Shown piece after piece: positions 1-14,148 of a DNA stretch of 64,000 bases. The first letter of the stretch is position 1, and each line of letters opens with the position of its first letter. The notes under the pieces are model-generated. The model had not been told where the DNA came from. It saw only the letters and a program-made list of their open reading frames with translations, and searched no databases. Made by a program: the position numbers and the translations under genes. The stretch is from Escherichia coli (GTDB lineage: Bacteria; Pseudomonadota; Gammaproteobacteria; Enterobacterales; Enterobacteriaceae), in NCBI RefSeq assembly GCF_003790525.1, contig NZ_CP033635.1; one strand, written 5' to 3'.

Positions 1-625
1 GCCGCAAGGTTTATTTTCTCTTGGTTCGCTGGAAAGCACCGCTGCGGTGCGCATTCCGGTCACGCTGGCGGAATTTAACCGTCGTTATCCCAAAATTCAG
101 TTTTCACTTTCCACCGGCCCTTCCGGCACTATGCTGGAAGGGGTGCTGGAGGGAAAACTGAATGCAGCGTTTATTGATGGGCCCATTAACCATACTGCCA
201 TTGACGGGATACCGGTGTACCGCGAGGAGCTGATGATCGTCACGCCACAAGGACATGCGCCAGTAACCCGCGCCAGTCAGGTAAATGGCAGTAACATTTA
301 TGCCTTCCGCGCCAATTGTTCGTATCGTCGCCACTTCGAGAGCTGGTTTCATGCTGATGGTGCCGCTCCGGGAACTATTCACGAGATGGAGTCGTATCAC
401 GGGATGTTGGCCTGTGTGGTCGCAGGAGCAGGTATTGCGCTTATTCCGCGCTCTATGCTGGAAAGTATGCCGGGGCATCACCAGGTTGAAGCGTGGCCGT
501 TAGCTGAGCAATGGCGTTGGTTAACAACCTGGCTGGTCTGGCGTCGCGGTGCGAAAACGCGTCCGCTCGAGGCATTTATTCAACTGCTGGATGTGCCTGA
601 CTCGGCAAAACAGGGTTACCAATGA
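1..625 (+). CDS. yneJ: LysR-family transcriptional regulator, C-terminal substrate-binding part (5' end outside window)
   Basis: ORF 47..625 continues open to window start; LysR effector-domain-like sequence; position upstream of yneK/sotB/marC. Confidence 0.6.
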   Translation, partial: PQGLFSLGSLESTAAVRIPVTLAEFNRRYPKIQFSLSTGPSGTMLEGVLEGKLNAAFIDGPINHTAIDGIPVYREELMIVTPQGHAPVTRASQVNGSNIYAFRANCSYRRHFESWFHADGAAPGTIHEMESYHGMLACVVAGAGIALIPRSMLESMPGHHQVEAWPLAEQWRWLTTWLVWRRGAKTRPLEAFIQLLDVPDSAKQGYQ

Positions 626-702
626 GCTATTTTTGATAGTTCTTGCGGCTAATATGCTCTATATAGTGATGTTCCGATGACTTATGACTATATGGAGCAA
701 AT

Positions 703-1819
703 ATGGTTACGCCAGTAAGCATCAGCAATTACATATCTCTTCCTGATGATTTTCCCGTACGTAATATTGCACCGCAGGTAAAAGAAGTTTTAAAGGATTT
801 CATTGATGCACTTAGTACAATAATATGTGATGAAGAATGGCGCACGTCTTTAAACATCAACTCAGCCACAAAAAAGATATTTAATAACCTTGACAACTTA
901 TCATATATTCAGAGGACTTCTTTTCGGGGGTAACGACACGCTATACAATGAAAAGGTTCAGTTTAAACTCACTTATCCCGTCAAGAATGGAAGACACAAA
1001 GAAAATATTGAATTTCAGGTAGTAATAAATTTAAGCCCTATTTATTTAGATAATTTCCGCCATGATGGGGAAATTAATATTTTTTGCGCTCCCAACCCAA
1101 AGCCTGTCACTATGGGGCGCGTATTTCAGACCGGCGTCGAGCGTGTGCTCTTTCTTTTTCTGAATGACTTTATAGAACAATTTCCAATAATCAACCCTGG
1201 CGTTCCTATCAAAAGAGCGCATACGCCACATATTGAACCCCTGCATCCGGATCACCATACCGCTGCAGATTACATACGCCAGTTTGATTTGCTTGTCCTG
1301 AATTTTATCTCTCGCGGTAATTTTGTCATACTCCCCCGATTATGGAATAACTCTGAGGTTCACAGATGGTTCGGGAATAAAGAACCTAACTTGCTCACCG
1401 CTATTCTCGACATAACGGACAGCGAATTAAAAGAGGATTTATTGCAAAGTCTGATGGATTCACTAGGTTCTAACAAACATGTACTACCCGAAGTCTGCAT
1501 CTGCTTTTTATCCCTTTTAGCAGAACAAGATTTTCCACATTTTCAGGAGTTGTTTTTATTTTTCGCCAATATGTTATTGCACTATCACCAATTTATGAAT
1601 CCCAATGAAAGTGATTTGATTGACGTGTTGATGCCAGCATCATTAAGTGATGATAAAATTATCAAACATATGGCGCGCAAGACCCTCAAACTTTTTGTAA
1701 AAAATGAAACGCCGCCAAAAGTTACTCATGAAGACCTGGTGAAAAACAGGCCTCGCTCCCCTGTCAGACCACCTATACCCGCAACTGCCAAAACGCCAGA
1801 CCTCCCTGAACGTCATTAA
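703..1819 (+). pseudogene. yneK: YneK-like protein split by a +1 frameshift in a G5 run near 926-930 (or sequencing error)
   Basis: ORFs 703..933 and 890..1819 overlap in different frames; removing one G joins ...RTSFRG to NDTLYNEK... Confidence 0.5.
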
Positions 1820-1968
1820 ACCGTGATGTGAACGACTCTCTGACGCGTGAAAGAATCAGCGTCAGAGAAACGGAAAACGCGATCCAGATCACAAATGCAT
1901 TGTATTCACATCATTAACCGTTTTAAGATCATTTCATCACTTTTTCGCAACTCACCCGATAATCTGTT

Positions 1969-3159
1969 ATGACAACAAACACTGTTTCCCGCAAAGTGGC
2001 GTGGCTACGGGTCGTTACGCTGGCAGTCGCCGCCTTCATCTTCAACACCACCGAATTTGTCCCAGTTGGCCTGCTCTCTGACATTGCGCAAAGTTTTCAC
2101 ATGCAAACCGCTCAGGTCGGCATTATGTTGACCATTTACGCATGGGTAGTAGCGCTAATGTCATTGCCTTTTATGTTAATGACCAGCCAGGTTGAACGGC
2201 GCAAATTACTGATCTGCCTGTTTGTGGTGTTTATTGCCAGCCACGTACTGTCGTTTTTATCGTGGAGTTTTACCGTTCTGGTGATCAGTCGCATTGGTGT
2301 GGCTTTTGCACATGCGATTTTCTGGTCGATTACGGCGTCTCTGGCGATCCGTATGGCTCCGGCCGGGAAGCGAGCACAGGCATTGAGTTTAATTGCCACC
2401 GGTACTGCACTGGCGATGGTCTTAGGTTTACCTCTCGGGCGCATTGTGGGGCAGTATTTCGGTTGGCGAATGACCTTCTTCGCGATTGGTATCGGGGCGC
2501 TTATCACCCTTTTGTGCCTGATTAAGTTACTTCCCTTACTGCCCAGTGAGCATTCCGGTTCGCTGAAAAGCCTCCCGCTATTATTCCGCCGCCCGGCATT
2601 GATGAGCATTTATTTGTTAACTGTGGTAGTTGTCACCGCCCATTACACGGCATACAGCTATATCGAGCCTTTTGTGCAAAACATTGCGGGATTCAGCGCC
2701 AACTTTGCCACGGCATTACTGTTATTACTCGGTGGTGCGGGCATTATTGGCAGCGTGATTTTCGGTAAACTGGGTAATCAGTATGCGTCTACGCTGGTAA
2801 GTACGGCGATTGCGCTGTTGCTGGTGTGCCTGGCACTGCTGCTACCTGCGGCGAACAGTGAAATACACCTCGGGGTGCTGAGTATTTTCTGGGGGATCGC
2901 GATGATGATCATCGGGCTTGGTATGCAGGTTAAAGTGCTGGCGCTGGCACCAGATGCTACCGACGTCGCGATGGCGCTATTCTCCGGGATATTTAATATT
3001 GGAATCGGCGCGGGTGCGTTGGTAGGTAATCAGGTCAGTCTGCACTGGTCAATGTCGATGATTGGTTATGTGGGCGCGGTGCCTGCTTTTGCCGCGTTAA
3101 TATGGTCAATCATCATTTTCCGCCGCTGGCCAGTGACACTCGAAGAACAGACGCAATAG
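1969..3159 (+). CDS. sotB: MFS sugar efflux transporter
   Basis: 396 aa multi-TM MFS protein; recognised SotB/YdeA sequence and position next to marC. Confidence 0.85.
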   Translation: MTTNTVSRKVAWLRVVTLAVAAFIFNTTEFVPVGLLSDIAQSFHMQTAQVGIMLTIYAWVVALMSLPFMLMTSQVERRKLLICLFVVFIASHVLSFLSWSFTVLVISRIGVAFAHAIFWSITASLAIRMAPAGKRAQALSLIATGTALAMVLGLPLGRIVGQYFGWRMTFFAIGIGALITLLCLIKLLPLLPSEHSGSLKSLPLLFRRPALMSIYLLTVVVVTAHYTAYSYIEPFVQNIAGFSANFATALLLLLGGAGIIGSVIFGKLGNQYASTLVSTAIALLLVCLALLLPAANSEIHLGVLSIFWGIAMMIIGLGMQVKVLALAPDATDVAMALFSGIFNIGIGAGALVGNQVSLHWSMSMIGYVGAVPAFAALIWSIIIFRRWPVTLEEQTQ

Positions 3160-3183
3160 TTGAAAGGCCCATTCGGGCCTTTT

Positions 3184-3849
3184 TTAGTGGTACGTTTTAA
3201 TGATTTCCAGGATGCCGTTAATAATAAACTGCACCCCCATACATACCAGCAGGAATCCCATCAGACGGGAGATCGCTTCAATGCCCCCCTTACCCACCAG
3301 CCGCATAATTGCGCCAGAGCTGCGTAGACTTCCCCACAAAATAACCGCCACCAGGAAAAAGATCAGCGGCGGCGCAACCATCAGTACCCAATCAGCAAAG
3401 GTTGAACTCTGACGCACTGTGGAGGCCGAGCTAATAATCATCGCTATGGTTCCCGGACCCGCGGTACTTGGCATTGCCAGTGGTACAAAAGCAATATTGG
3501 CGCTGGGTTCATCTTCCAGCTCTTTCGACTTGCTTTTCGCTTCCGGTGAATCAATCGCTTTCTGTTGCGGAAAGAGCATCCGAAAACCGATAAACGCGAC
3601 GATTAAGCCGCCTGCAATTCGCAGACCGGGAATCGAAATGCCAAATGTATCCATCACCAGTTGCCCGGCGTAATACGCCACCATCATGATGGCAAATACG
3701 TACACCGAGGCCATCAACGACTGACGATTACGTTCAGCACTGTTCATGTTGCCTGCCAGGCCAAGAAATAACGCGACAGTTGTTAATGGGTTAGCTAACG
3801 GTAGTAACACCACCAGCCCCAGGCCTATTGCTTTAAACAAATCTAACAT
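3184..3849 (-). CDS. marC: MarC-family inner membrane protein
   Basis: 221 aa membrane protein divergent from marRAB. Confidence 0.85.
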   Translation of the reverse strand: MLDLFKAIGLGLVVLLPLANPLTTVALFLGLAGNMNSAERNRQSLMASVYVFAIMMVAYYAGQLVMDTFGISIPGLRIAGGLIVAFIGFRMLFPQQKAIDSPEAKSKSKELEDEPSANIAFVPLAMPSTAGPGTIAMIISSASTVRQSSTFADWVLMVAPPLIFFLVAVILWGSLRSSGAIMRLVGKGGIEAISRLMGFLLVCMGVQFIINGILEIIKTYH

Positions 3850-3961
3850 TGGTGGTTGTTATCCTGTGTATCTGGTTTATCAGCGAAAAGTATAAGGGGT
3901 AAACAACGATAAAGTGTCACTCTTTAGCTAACCTTGCATCGCATTGACCAAAACTTGAACC

Positions 3962-4058
3962 GATTTAGCAAAACGTGGCATCGGTCAATTCATTCATTTG
4001 ACTTATACTTGCCTGGGCAATATTATCCCCTGCAACTAATTACTTGCCAGGGCAACTA
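3962..4058 (+). promoter_or_regulatory. marO operator/promoter: marbox-like element, -35 TTGACT (3998-4003), MarR palindromic sites I (about 4006-4023) and II (about 4041-4055)
   Basis: two near-identical palindromes TACTTGCC(T/A)GGGCAA directly upstream of marR; GATTTAGCAAAACGTGGCAT marbox-like sequence. Confidence 0.8.
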
Positions 4059-4060
4059 AT

Positions 4061-4495
4061 GTGAAAAGTACCAGCGATCTGTTCAATGAAATTATTCCAT
4101 TGGGTCGCTTAATCCATATGGTTAATCAGAAGAAAGATCGCCTGCTTAACGAGTATCTGTCTCCGCTGGATATTACCGCGGCACAGTTTAAGGTGCTCTG
4201 CTCTATCCGCTGCGCGGCGTGTATTACTCCGGTTGAACTGAAAAAGGTATTGTCGGTCGACCTGGGGGCGCTGACCCGTATGCTGGATCGCCTGGTCTGT
4301 AAAGGCTGGGTGGAAAGGTTGCCGAACCCGAATGACAAGCGCGGCGTACTGGTAAAACTTACCACCAGCGGCGCGGCAATATGTGAACAATGCCATCAAT
4401 TAGTTGGCCAGGACCTGCATCAAGAATTAACAAAAAACCTGACGGCGGACGAAGTGGCAACACTTGAGCATTTGCTTAAGAAAGTCCTGCCGTAA
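4061..4495 (+). CDS. marR: multiple antibiotic resistance repressor MarR (GTG start)
   Basis: 144 aa wHTH protein; recognised MarR sequence. Confidence 0.93.
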
Positions 4496-4515
4496 ACAAA
4501 AAAAGAGGTATGACG

Positions 4516-4899
4516 ATGTCCAGACGCAATACTGACGCTATTACCATTCATAGCATTTTGGACTGGATCGAGGACAACCTGGAATCGCCACTGTCACTGG
4601 AGAAAGTGTCAGAGCGTTCGGGTTACTCCAAATGGCACCTGCAACGGATGTTTAAAAAAGAAACCGGTCATTCATTAGGCCAATACATCCGCAGCCGTAA
4701 GATGACGGAAATCGCGCAAAAGCTGAAGGAAAGTAACGAGCCGATACTCTATCTGGCAGAACGATATGGCTTCGAGTCGCAACAAACTCTGACCCGAACC
4801 TTCAAAAATTACTTTGATGTTCCGCCACATAAATACCGGATGACCAATATGCAGGGCGAATCGCGCTTTTTACATCCATTAAATCATTACAACAGCTAG
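4516..4899 (+). CDS. marA: AraC/XylS-family activator MarA
   Basis: 127 aa from [24 protein letters not shown]; recognised MarA. Confidence 0.93.
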
Positions 4900-4930
4900 T
4901 TGATAACGTGACAACGTCACTGAGGCAATC

Positions 4931-5149
4931 ATGAAACCACTTTTATCCGCAATTGCAGCTGCGCTTATTCTCTTTTCCACGCAGGGCATTGCGGAACAAA
5001 CCACGCAGCCGGTTGTTACTTCCTGTGCCAATGTCGTGGTTGTTCCCCCATCGCAGGAACAACCACCGTTTGATTTAAATCACATGGGTACTGGCAGTGA
5101 TAAGTCGGATGCGCTCGGCGTGCCCTATTATAATCAACACGCTATGTAG
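4931..5149 (+). CDS. marB: MarB periplasmic protein
   Basis: 72 aa with signal peptide, directly after marA. Confidence 0.85.
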   Translation: MKPLLSAIAAALILFSTQGIAEQTTQPVVTSCANVVVVPPSQEQPPFDLNHMGTGSDKSDALGVPYYNQHAM

Positions 5150-5205
5150 TTATTGTCAGGCTCTGATCACAGAGCCTGACATCTCCGTAATATCTTTTTG
5201 AAGTC

Positions 5206-8346
<3,141 letters not shown>

Positions 8347-8398
8347 TTATCCTTAAGAGTGTAATAATTTCCTCCAGCTATCGCACTGGAGGAAAAAA

Positions 8399-8716
8399 TC
8401 AGGCATGGAGCTCTTTTCTTAATGAAATGATTTCCCTGGCTAAATCCTGGCATAATATTGCATTCATCAAATGATCCTGTGCATGTACCAGAATGAGATT
8501 AACTTTTATTTTGCCACAGCCTTCATCCTGACTAATTAACGCGGTCTGAATCTTATGCGCCTGAAGACAGGCGGATTCAGAACTGGCCATTAGCTGAGTT
8601 GCGCCCTGCCAGTCTTTTTGCCCGGCACAACGTATGGCTTCCATCGCATCAGAACGGGCCTGTCCTGCGTTGACCAGTAACTCCATAACAAGTTCTTCAT
8701 CTGCAAACATCAACAT
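8399..8716 (-). CDS. PTS lactose/cellobiose-family EIIA component
   Basis: 105 aa; ...LILVHAQDHLMNA... resembles ChbA-type IIA. Confidence 0.8.
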   Translation of the reverse strand: MLMFADEELVMELLVNAGQARSDAMEAIRCAGQKDWQGATQLMASSESACLQAHKIQTALISQDEGCGKIKVNLILVHAQDHLMNAILCQDLAREIISLRKELHA

Positions 8717-8737
8717 CTCCTTCCTGTGTAAATGGCA

Positions 8738-10060
8738 TTATCCGTTAGTTGTTAAGTTATTGACCTTGTTGGCGGCAATAACAAAAGGTAAATAGATCAT
8801 TGTCGCCACACCTAAACATAAAAAACCCACCAGTAACGCCAGCCAGTTTCCCCCGGTTCCGAGGAAAGCAATTAAAGGTCCGGGCGTAGTCCAGGGCACG
8901 GCATAAGCAACCGGTGGAATAATTTCCATCGAAACAAAGAAGTAACCAATGGCACAGTTAACAATAGGAACCATAATAAACGGCACCATCATGATGGGGT
9001 TAAGTACAATAGGAAGGCCGAACATTATCGGTTCATTGATATTGAAAATACCGGGGATAAATGACATTTTTGCCAGATCACGGTATTCCGCACGCTTAGA
9101 AGCGATAAAAATAGCCAACAATAACCCCAACGTCATACCTGAACCGCCGCAGTTGGCGAATGCATCATTAATAGAAGTCCAGGTAATCGGATATGGCGCG
9201 CCCCAGGTAGTGCCGTGTTGAGCGGCCCAGGAGAGATTCTCCAGATTAGCCTCAGAAAAAACAGTTTCTCGAATTGCCGAGGTGGTATTAGGTCCGTGGA
9301 TCCCCAGCACCCACAGGAAATTACCCACAGCCCCCAGGATAATTACCGCAAAGATATTCGTTCCCATATGTTTGAGCGGCGTCTGGATTAATGTGTAAAT
9401 GAGGTCGTTTAATCCTGCCGGGGATATCAGTGTCAGGCAATAATTAAGTGCGGAAAAGAACACCATGACAAAAAATATTGGCAATAAAACTTTAAATGAA
9501 CGCGCTACCGCAGGAGGTACAGCTGCCGGCATCGTGATGGTGATTTTGGGGTTTCGAGCTAAGCGACAAAATATTTCACTGGTGATCAGTGCAACGATAA
9601 CAGCAACAAATAACCCCTGCGCGCCGAGATATTTGGTCGTCAGGAATGCTTGCCCATCTATCATCTGATATGGCGTATATACAATAAAAAATGCTCCTAT
9701 TGCCGTTAATCCGCATAAAAGATCATCTTGCTCATAGCTAATCGCCATATTCCTGGCGACCAGGAAAGCAATCATAATTGACATGATATTTACAGAACCA
9801 TTCATTACCGGAGTAAAAATAGCTTGTGCTTTTTCAAGGTTGGGGAAAACGCTGTTCAGATGCAGCAGCCCGGCAATAAAGCCGTCGGGCGATAATATGG
9901 CAAAGTTAATTAATATAATTAATGAGCTTGCCATGATAATTGGAAACGTAAAAACGAATCCATCTCTCACCGCTGCAACATGTTTTTGTGAGTTTAACTT
10001 GATAGCAACTGGAACAAGAAAACGTTCCATTCCACGTTCGAATGAGGCCATTAATCCCAT
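8738..10060 (-). CDS. PTS lactose/cellobiose-family EIIC permease
   Basis: 440 aa polytopic membrane protein, ChbC-like. Confidence 0.8.
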   Translation of the reverse strand: MGLMASFERGMERFLVPVAIKLNSQKHVAAVRDGFVFTFPIIMASSLIILINFAILSPDGFIAGLLHLNSVFPNLEKAQAIFTPVMNGSVNIMSIMIAFLVARNMAISYEQDDLLCGLTAIGAFFIVYTPYQMIDGQAFLTTKYLGAQGLFVAVIVALITSEIFCRLARNPKITITMPAAVPPAVARSFKVLLPIFFVMVFFSALNYCLTLISPAGLNDLIYTLIQTPLKHMGTNIFAVIILGAVGNFLWVLGIHGPNTTSAIRETVFSEANLENLSWAAQHGTTWGAPYPITWTSINDAFANCGGSGMTLGLLLAIFIASKRAEYRDLAKMSFIPGIFNINEPIMFGLPIVLNPIMMVPFIMVPIVNCAIGYFFVSMEIIPPVAYAVPWTTPGPLIAFLGTGGNWLALLVGFLCLGVATMIYLPFVIAANKVNNLTTNG

Positions 10061-10173
10061 TTTTTATACCTGTTGTTTTGGATATTTATACATCCCAATA
10101 AAGCATGTATGCCATATCCATTTTATGATGTGTGAAAAGTTAGTTCAGGTAATAGTTTAATAAAATTAGATTC

Positions 10174-10485
10174 TTACTGTTGCAGTAGTTTCATCGCAAA
10201 TTCAAGAACTGCCTGTCCGTTCATGGTGCCATAGTCTTTCATCTCGATAACAGCTACAGGCATTTTCCCCTGTGCAACAGCTTCAATCTCTGGTTTCTGA
10301 AAGCGAACTTGCGGGCCAAGTAAAACAACGTCAACTTCGTTATTTTTAATTTTCCCTTTAGCCTCTGCAATCGCCAATGCGGAAATATTAACTTCAAGTG
10401 AAATAGCGTTAGCATGATCAATCATACGTTTAACCAGCATACTGGTTGACATGCCCGCAGCGCAAACTAACAATATCTTTTTCAT
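10174..10485 (-). CDS. PTS lactose/cellobiose-family EIIB component
   Basis: 103 aa, MKKILLVCAAGMSTSMLV active-site Cys motif. Confidence 0.85.
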   Translation of the reverse strand: MKKILLVCAAGMSTSMLVKRMIDHANAISLEVNISALAIAEAKGKIKNNEVDVVLLGPQVRFQKPEIEAVAQGKMPVAVIEMKDYGTMNGQAVLEFAMKLLQQ

Positions 10486-10683
10486 ATTTTCCCTTACTGG
10501 TATATAACAGATTACATTGTGTAAATATCATATCCCGCAGTAGCTATACGTCCTGGTACATTGATCACAGTAATACAGCACTAAAGTTGTTCAACATCAG
10601 GGTGATAATTAAACGACTCGGCCATAGGATAAACCAATCAGGACTCAACTCCTTGTTTTCAATGGCTCTTAAAAGGTGCAAAA

Positions 10684-11382
10684 GTGATTTTTCAAAAGAT
10701 TGCCCGCTTACTTAAATCCGAGATCAATGGCTATTCATGGCATGTTGGTGATTTGTTGCCGTCAGAAGCTGAACTCGCTGTTCGTTATAATGTTTCGCGT
10801 AATACCCTGCGTAAGGCATTATCCTTGCTGGAAGGCGAAGGAATTATTCATAGAAAGCATGGTTCAGGAACATACATTCAAAAAAAGAATTTTGTTGCAC
10901 ACATTGATCACATGAACAGTTTCAGTGAAATTGCGCATAAAAGCGGCAAAGAGGCAGGGAGTCAGATTATGAAATTTGAAGTGCAGGATGCTTCTCCCCC
11001 TATTGCGACTGAGCTGAATTTAGTGACTGGTGAGCAGGTTTATTACATAAAGAGACTGCGATTCATTGAGGATAATGCAGCACAATTAGAAGAAACGTGG
11101 ATGTCAGTGGCACGTTTTCCTGATTTAACCGTAGCACATATGCAAAAATCCAAATTTTCGTATATTGAGAACGAATGCGGGATCAAAATCATTGGCACCT
11201 TTGAAACTTTCTCCCCGACTTTTCCTACCCCAGAAATCGCCAGTATTTTACGGATCAGCCCACGGGATCCCATACTTAAAATTCAGACCCAGGCTGTGGA
11301 CAGTAACTCTATTCCGCTGGATTATTCGTTACTTTACAGCAATATTTTCGAGTTCCAGGTAAAGTACTTTTTCCCGCGATAA
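10684..11382 (+). CDS. GntR-family (HutC/UTRA-type) transcriptional regulator, probable GTG start
   Basis: N-terminal GntR wHTH (SEAELAVRYNVSRNTLRKAL) and UTRA-like C-terminus; divergent from the PTS genes. Confidence 0.75.
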   Translation: MIFQKIARLLKSEINGYSWHVGDLLPSEAELAVRYNVSRNTLRKALSLLEGEGIIHRKHGSGTYIQKKNFVAHIDHMNSFSEIAHKSGKEAGSQIMKFEVQDASPPIATELNLVTGEQVYYIKRLRFIEDNAAQLEETWMSVARFPDLTVAHMQKSKFSYIENECGIKIIGTFETFSPTFPTPEIASILRISPRDPILKIQTQAVDSNSIPLDYSLLYSNIFEFQVKYFFPR

Positions 11383-11426
11383 AAGCAGACGCACAGAGTG
11401 CTGGCATCACATTCTGTGCGTATGGT

Positions 11427-12326
11427 TTAGCCTCTAACCTTTACCGCTTTACGCCACCGCAAGCCAAATACATTGATATACAGCCCGGTCATAATGAGCA
11501 CCGCACCGAAAAATTGCAGGCCCGTTAAGCGTTCATCCAGCAATAGTGCCGCACTTGCCAGTCCAACTACAGGCACCAGTAACGATAACGGTGCAACCCG
11601 CCAGGTTTCATAGCGTCCCAGTAACGTCCCCCAGATCCCATAACCAACAATTGTCGCCACAAACGCCAGATACATCAGAGACAAGATGGTGGTCATATCG
11701 ATAGTAACCAGACTGTGAATCATGGTTGCGGAACCATCGAGAATCAGCGAGGCAACAAAGAAGGGAATGATTGGGATTAATGCGCTCCAGATTACCAGCG
11801 ACATCACCGCCGGACGCGTTGCGTGCGACATGATCTTTTTATTGAAGATGTTGCCACACGCCCAACTAAATGCTGCCGCCAGGGTCAACATAAAGCCGAG
11901 CATCGCCACATGCTGACCGTTCAGACTATCTTCGATTAACACCAGTACGCCAAAAATCGCTAAGGCGATCCCCGCCAATTGTTTGCCATGCAGTCGCTCC
12001 CCGAAAGTAAACGCGCCAAGCACGATAGTAAAAAACGCCTGTGCCTGTAACACCAGCGAAGCCAGTCCAGCAGGCATACCAAAGTTAATGGCGCAGAACA
12101 GAAAGGCAAACTGCGCAAAACTGATGGTTAATCCATACCCCAGCAGCAAATTCAGTGGTACTTTCGGTCGTGCGACAAAAAAGATAGCCGGAAAAGCAAC
12201 CAGCATAAAGCGCAAACCGGCCAACATCAGCGGTGGCATGTTATGAAGCCCCACTTTGATGACCACAAAATTTAGCCCCCATACGACCACTACCAGTAGC
12301 GCCAACACCCCATCTTTTCGCGACAT
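11427..12326 (-). CDS. eamA: cysteine/O-acetylserine exporter EamA (DMT family)
   Basis: 299 aa DMT transporter from MSRKDGVLALL; recognised EamA/YdeD. Confidence 0.85.
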   Translation of the reverse strand: MSRKDGVLALLVVVVWGLNFVVIKVGLHNMPPLMLAGLRFMLVAFPAIFFVARPKVPLNLLLGYGLTISFAQFAFLFCAINFGMPAGLASLVLQAQAFFTIVLGAFTFGERLHGKQLAGIALAIFGVLVLIEDSLNGQHVAMLGFMLTLAAAFSWACGNIFNKKIMSHATRPAVMSLVIWSALIPIIPFFVASLILDGSATMIHSLVTIDMTTILSLMYLAFVATIVGYGIWGTLLGRYETWRVAPLSLLVPVVGLASAALLLDERLTGLQFFGAVLIMTGLYINVFGLRWRKAVKVRG

Positions 12327-12520
12327 TCTACCGCCTCTGAATTTCATCTTTTGTAAGCAATCAACTTAGCTGAATTTACTTTTCTTTAACAGTTGATTCG
12401 TTAGTCGCCGATTACGACGGCATTAATGCGCAAATAAGTCGCTATACTTCGGATTTTTGCCATGCTATTCCTTTACATCTCTAAAACAAAACATAACGAA
12501 ACGCACTGCCGGACAGACAA

Positions 12521-13708
12521 ATGAACTTATCCCTACGACGCTCTACCAGCGCCCTTCTTGCCTCGTCGTTGTTATTAACCATCGGACGCGGCGCTACGCT
12601 GCCGTTTATGACCATTTACTTGAGTCGCCAGTACAGCCTGAGTGTCGATCTAATCGGTTATGCGATGACAATTGCGCTCACTATTGGCGTCGTTTTTAGC
12701 CTCGGTTTTGGTATCCTGGCGGATAAGTTCGACAAGAAACGCTATATGTTACTGGCAATTACCGCCTTCGCCAGCGGTTTTATTGCCATTCCTTTAGTGA
12801 ATAACGTGACGCTGGTGGTGCTCTTTTTTGCCCTTATTAACTGCGCCTATTCCGTTTTTGCTACCGTGTTGAAAGCCTGGTTTGCCGACAATCTTTCGTC
12901 CACCAGCAAAACGAAAATCTTCTCAATCAACTACACCATGCTCAACATTGGCTGGACCATCGGTCCGCCGCTCGGCACGTTGTTGGTGATGCAGAGCATC
13001 AATCTGCCCTTTTGGCTGGCAGCTATCTGTTCCGCGTTTCCCATGCTTTTCATTCAAATTTGGGTAAAGCGCAGCGAGAAAATCATCGCCACGGAAACAG
13101 GCAGAGCCTGGTCGCCGAAAGTTTTATTACAAGATAAAGCACTGTTGTGGTTTACCTGCTCTGGTTTTCTGGCTTCCTTTGTTAGCGGCGCATTTGCCTC
13201 GTGCATTTCACAATATGTGATGGTGATTGCTGATGGGGATTTTGCCGAAAAGGTGGTCGCGGTTGTTCTTCCGGTGAATGCTGCCATGGTAGTTACGTTG
13301 CAATATTCCGTGGGCCGCCGCCTTAACCCGGCTAACATCCGCGCGCTGATGACAGCAGGCACCCTCTGTTTCGTCATCGGGCTGGTCGGTTTTATTTTTT
13401 CCGGCAACAGCCTGCTAATGTGGGGTATGTCAGCTGCGGTATTTACTGTCGGTGAAATCATTTATGCGCCGGGCGAGTATATGTTGATTGACCATATTGC
13501 GCCGCCAGGAATGAAAGCCAGCTATTTTTCCGCCCAGTCTTTAGGCTGGCTTGGTGCTGCGATTAACCCATTAGTGAGTGGCATAGTACTTACCAGTCTG
13601 CCGCCTTTCTCGCTGTTTATCATCTTAGCGTTGGTGATCGTTGCTGCGTGGGTGCTGATGTTAAAAGGAATTCGTGCAAGACCGTGGGGGCAGCCCGCGC
13701 TTTGTTGA
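12521..13708 (+). CDS. ydeE: MFS transporter YdeE
   Basis: 395 aa 12-TM MFS protein at the expected position. Confidence 0.8.
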   Translation: MNLSLRRSTSALLASSLLLTIGRGATLPFMTIYLSRQYSLSVDLIGYAMTIALTIGVVFSLGFGILADKFDKKRYMLLAITAFASGFIAIPLVNNVTLVVLFFALINCAYSVFATVLKAWFADNLSSTSKTKIFSINYTMLNIGWTIGPPLGTLLVMQSINLPFWLAAICSAFPMLFIQIWVKRSEKIIATETGRAWSPKVLLQDKALLWFTCSGFLASFVSGAFASCISQYVMVIADGDFAEKVVAVVLPVNAAMVVTLQYSVGRRLNPANIRALMTAGTLCFVIGLVGFIFSGNSLLMWGMSAAVFTVGEIIYAPGEYMLIDHIAPPGMKASYFSAQSLGWLGAAINPLVSGIVLTSLPPFSLFIILALVIVAAWVLMLKGIRARPWGQPALC

Positions 13709-13834
13709 TTTAAGTCGAACACAATAAAAATTTAATTCAGCCTTCGTTTAGGTTACCTCTGCTAATATCTTTCTCATTGAGATGAAAATTAAGGTAAGCG
13801 AGGAAACACACCACACCATAAACGGAGGCAAATA

Positions 13835-13930
13835 ATGCTGGGTAATATGAATGTTTTTATGGCCGTACTGGGAATAATTTTATTTTCTGGTTTTCTGGCC
13901 GCGTATTTCAGCCACAAATGGGATGACTAA
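13835..13930 (+). CDS. mgtS: small membrane protein MgtS (YneM), 31 aa
   Basis: MLGNMNVFMAVLGIILFSGFLAAYFSHKWDD with RBS GGAGG; followed by a hairpin terminator. Confidence 0.8.
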   Translation: MLGNMNVFMAVLGIILFSGFLAAYFSHKWDD

Positions 13931-13985
13931 TGAACGGAGATAATCCCTCACCTAACCGGCCCCTTGTTACAACTGTGTACAAGGG

Positions 13986-14100
13986 GCCTGATTTTTATGA
14001 CGGCGAAAAAAAACCGCCAGTAAACCGGCGGTGAATGCTTGCATGGATAGATTTGTGTTTTGCTTTTACGCTAACAGGCATTTTCCTGCACTGATAACGG
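13986..14100 (-). ncRNA. mgrR: probable PhoP-regulated sRNA MgrR (boundaries approximate)
   Basis: minus-strand intrinsic terminator (CCGCCGGTTTACTGGCGG + U8, about 13986-14012) and upstream PhoP-box-like direct repeat GTTTAA-N5-GTTTAA (14137-14154); known locus between mgtS and dgcZ. Confidence 0.45.
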
Positions 14101-14148
14101 ATCGTTGACACAGTAGCATCAGTTTTCTCAATGAATGTTAAACGGAGC

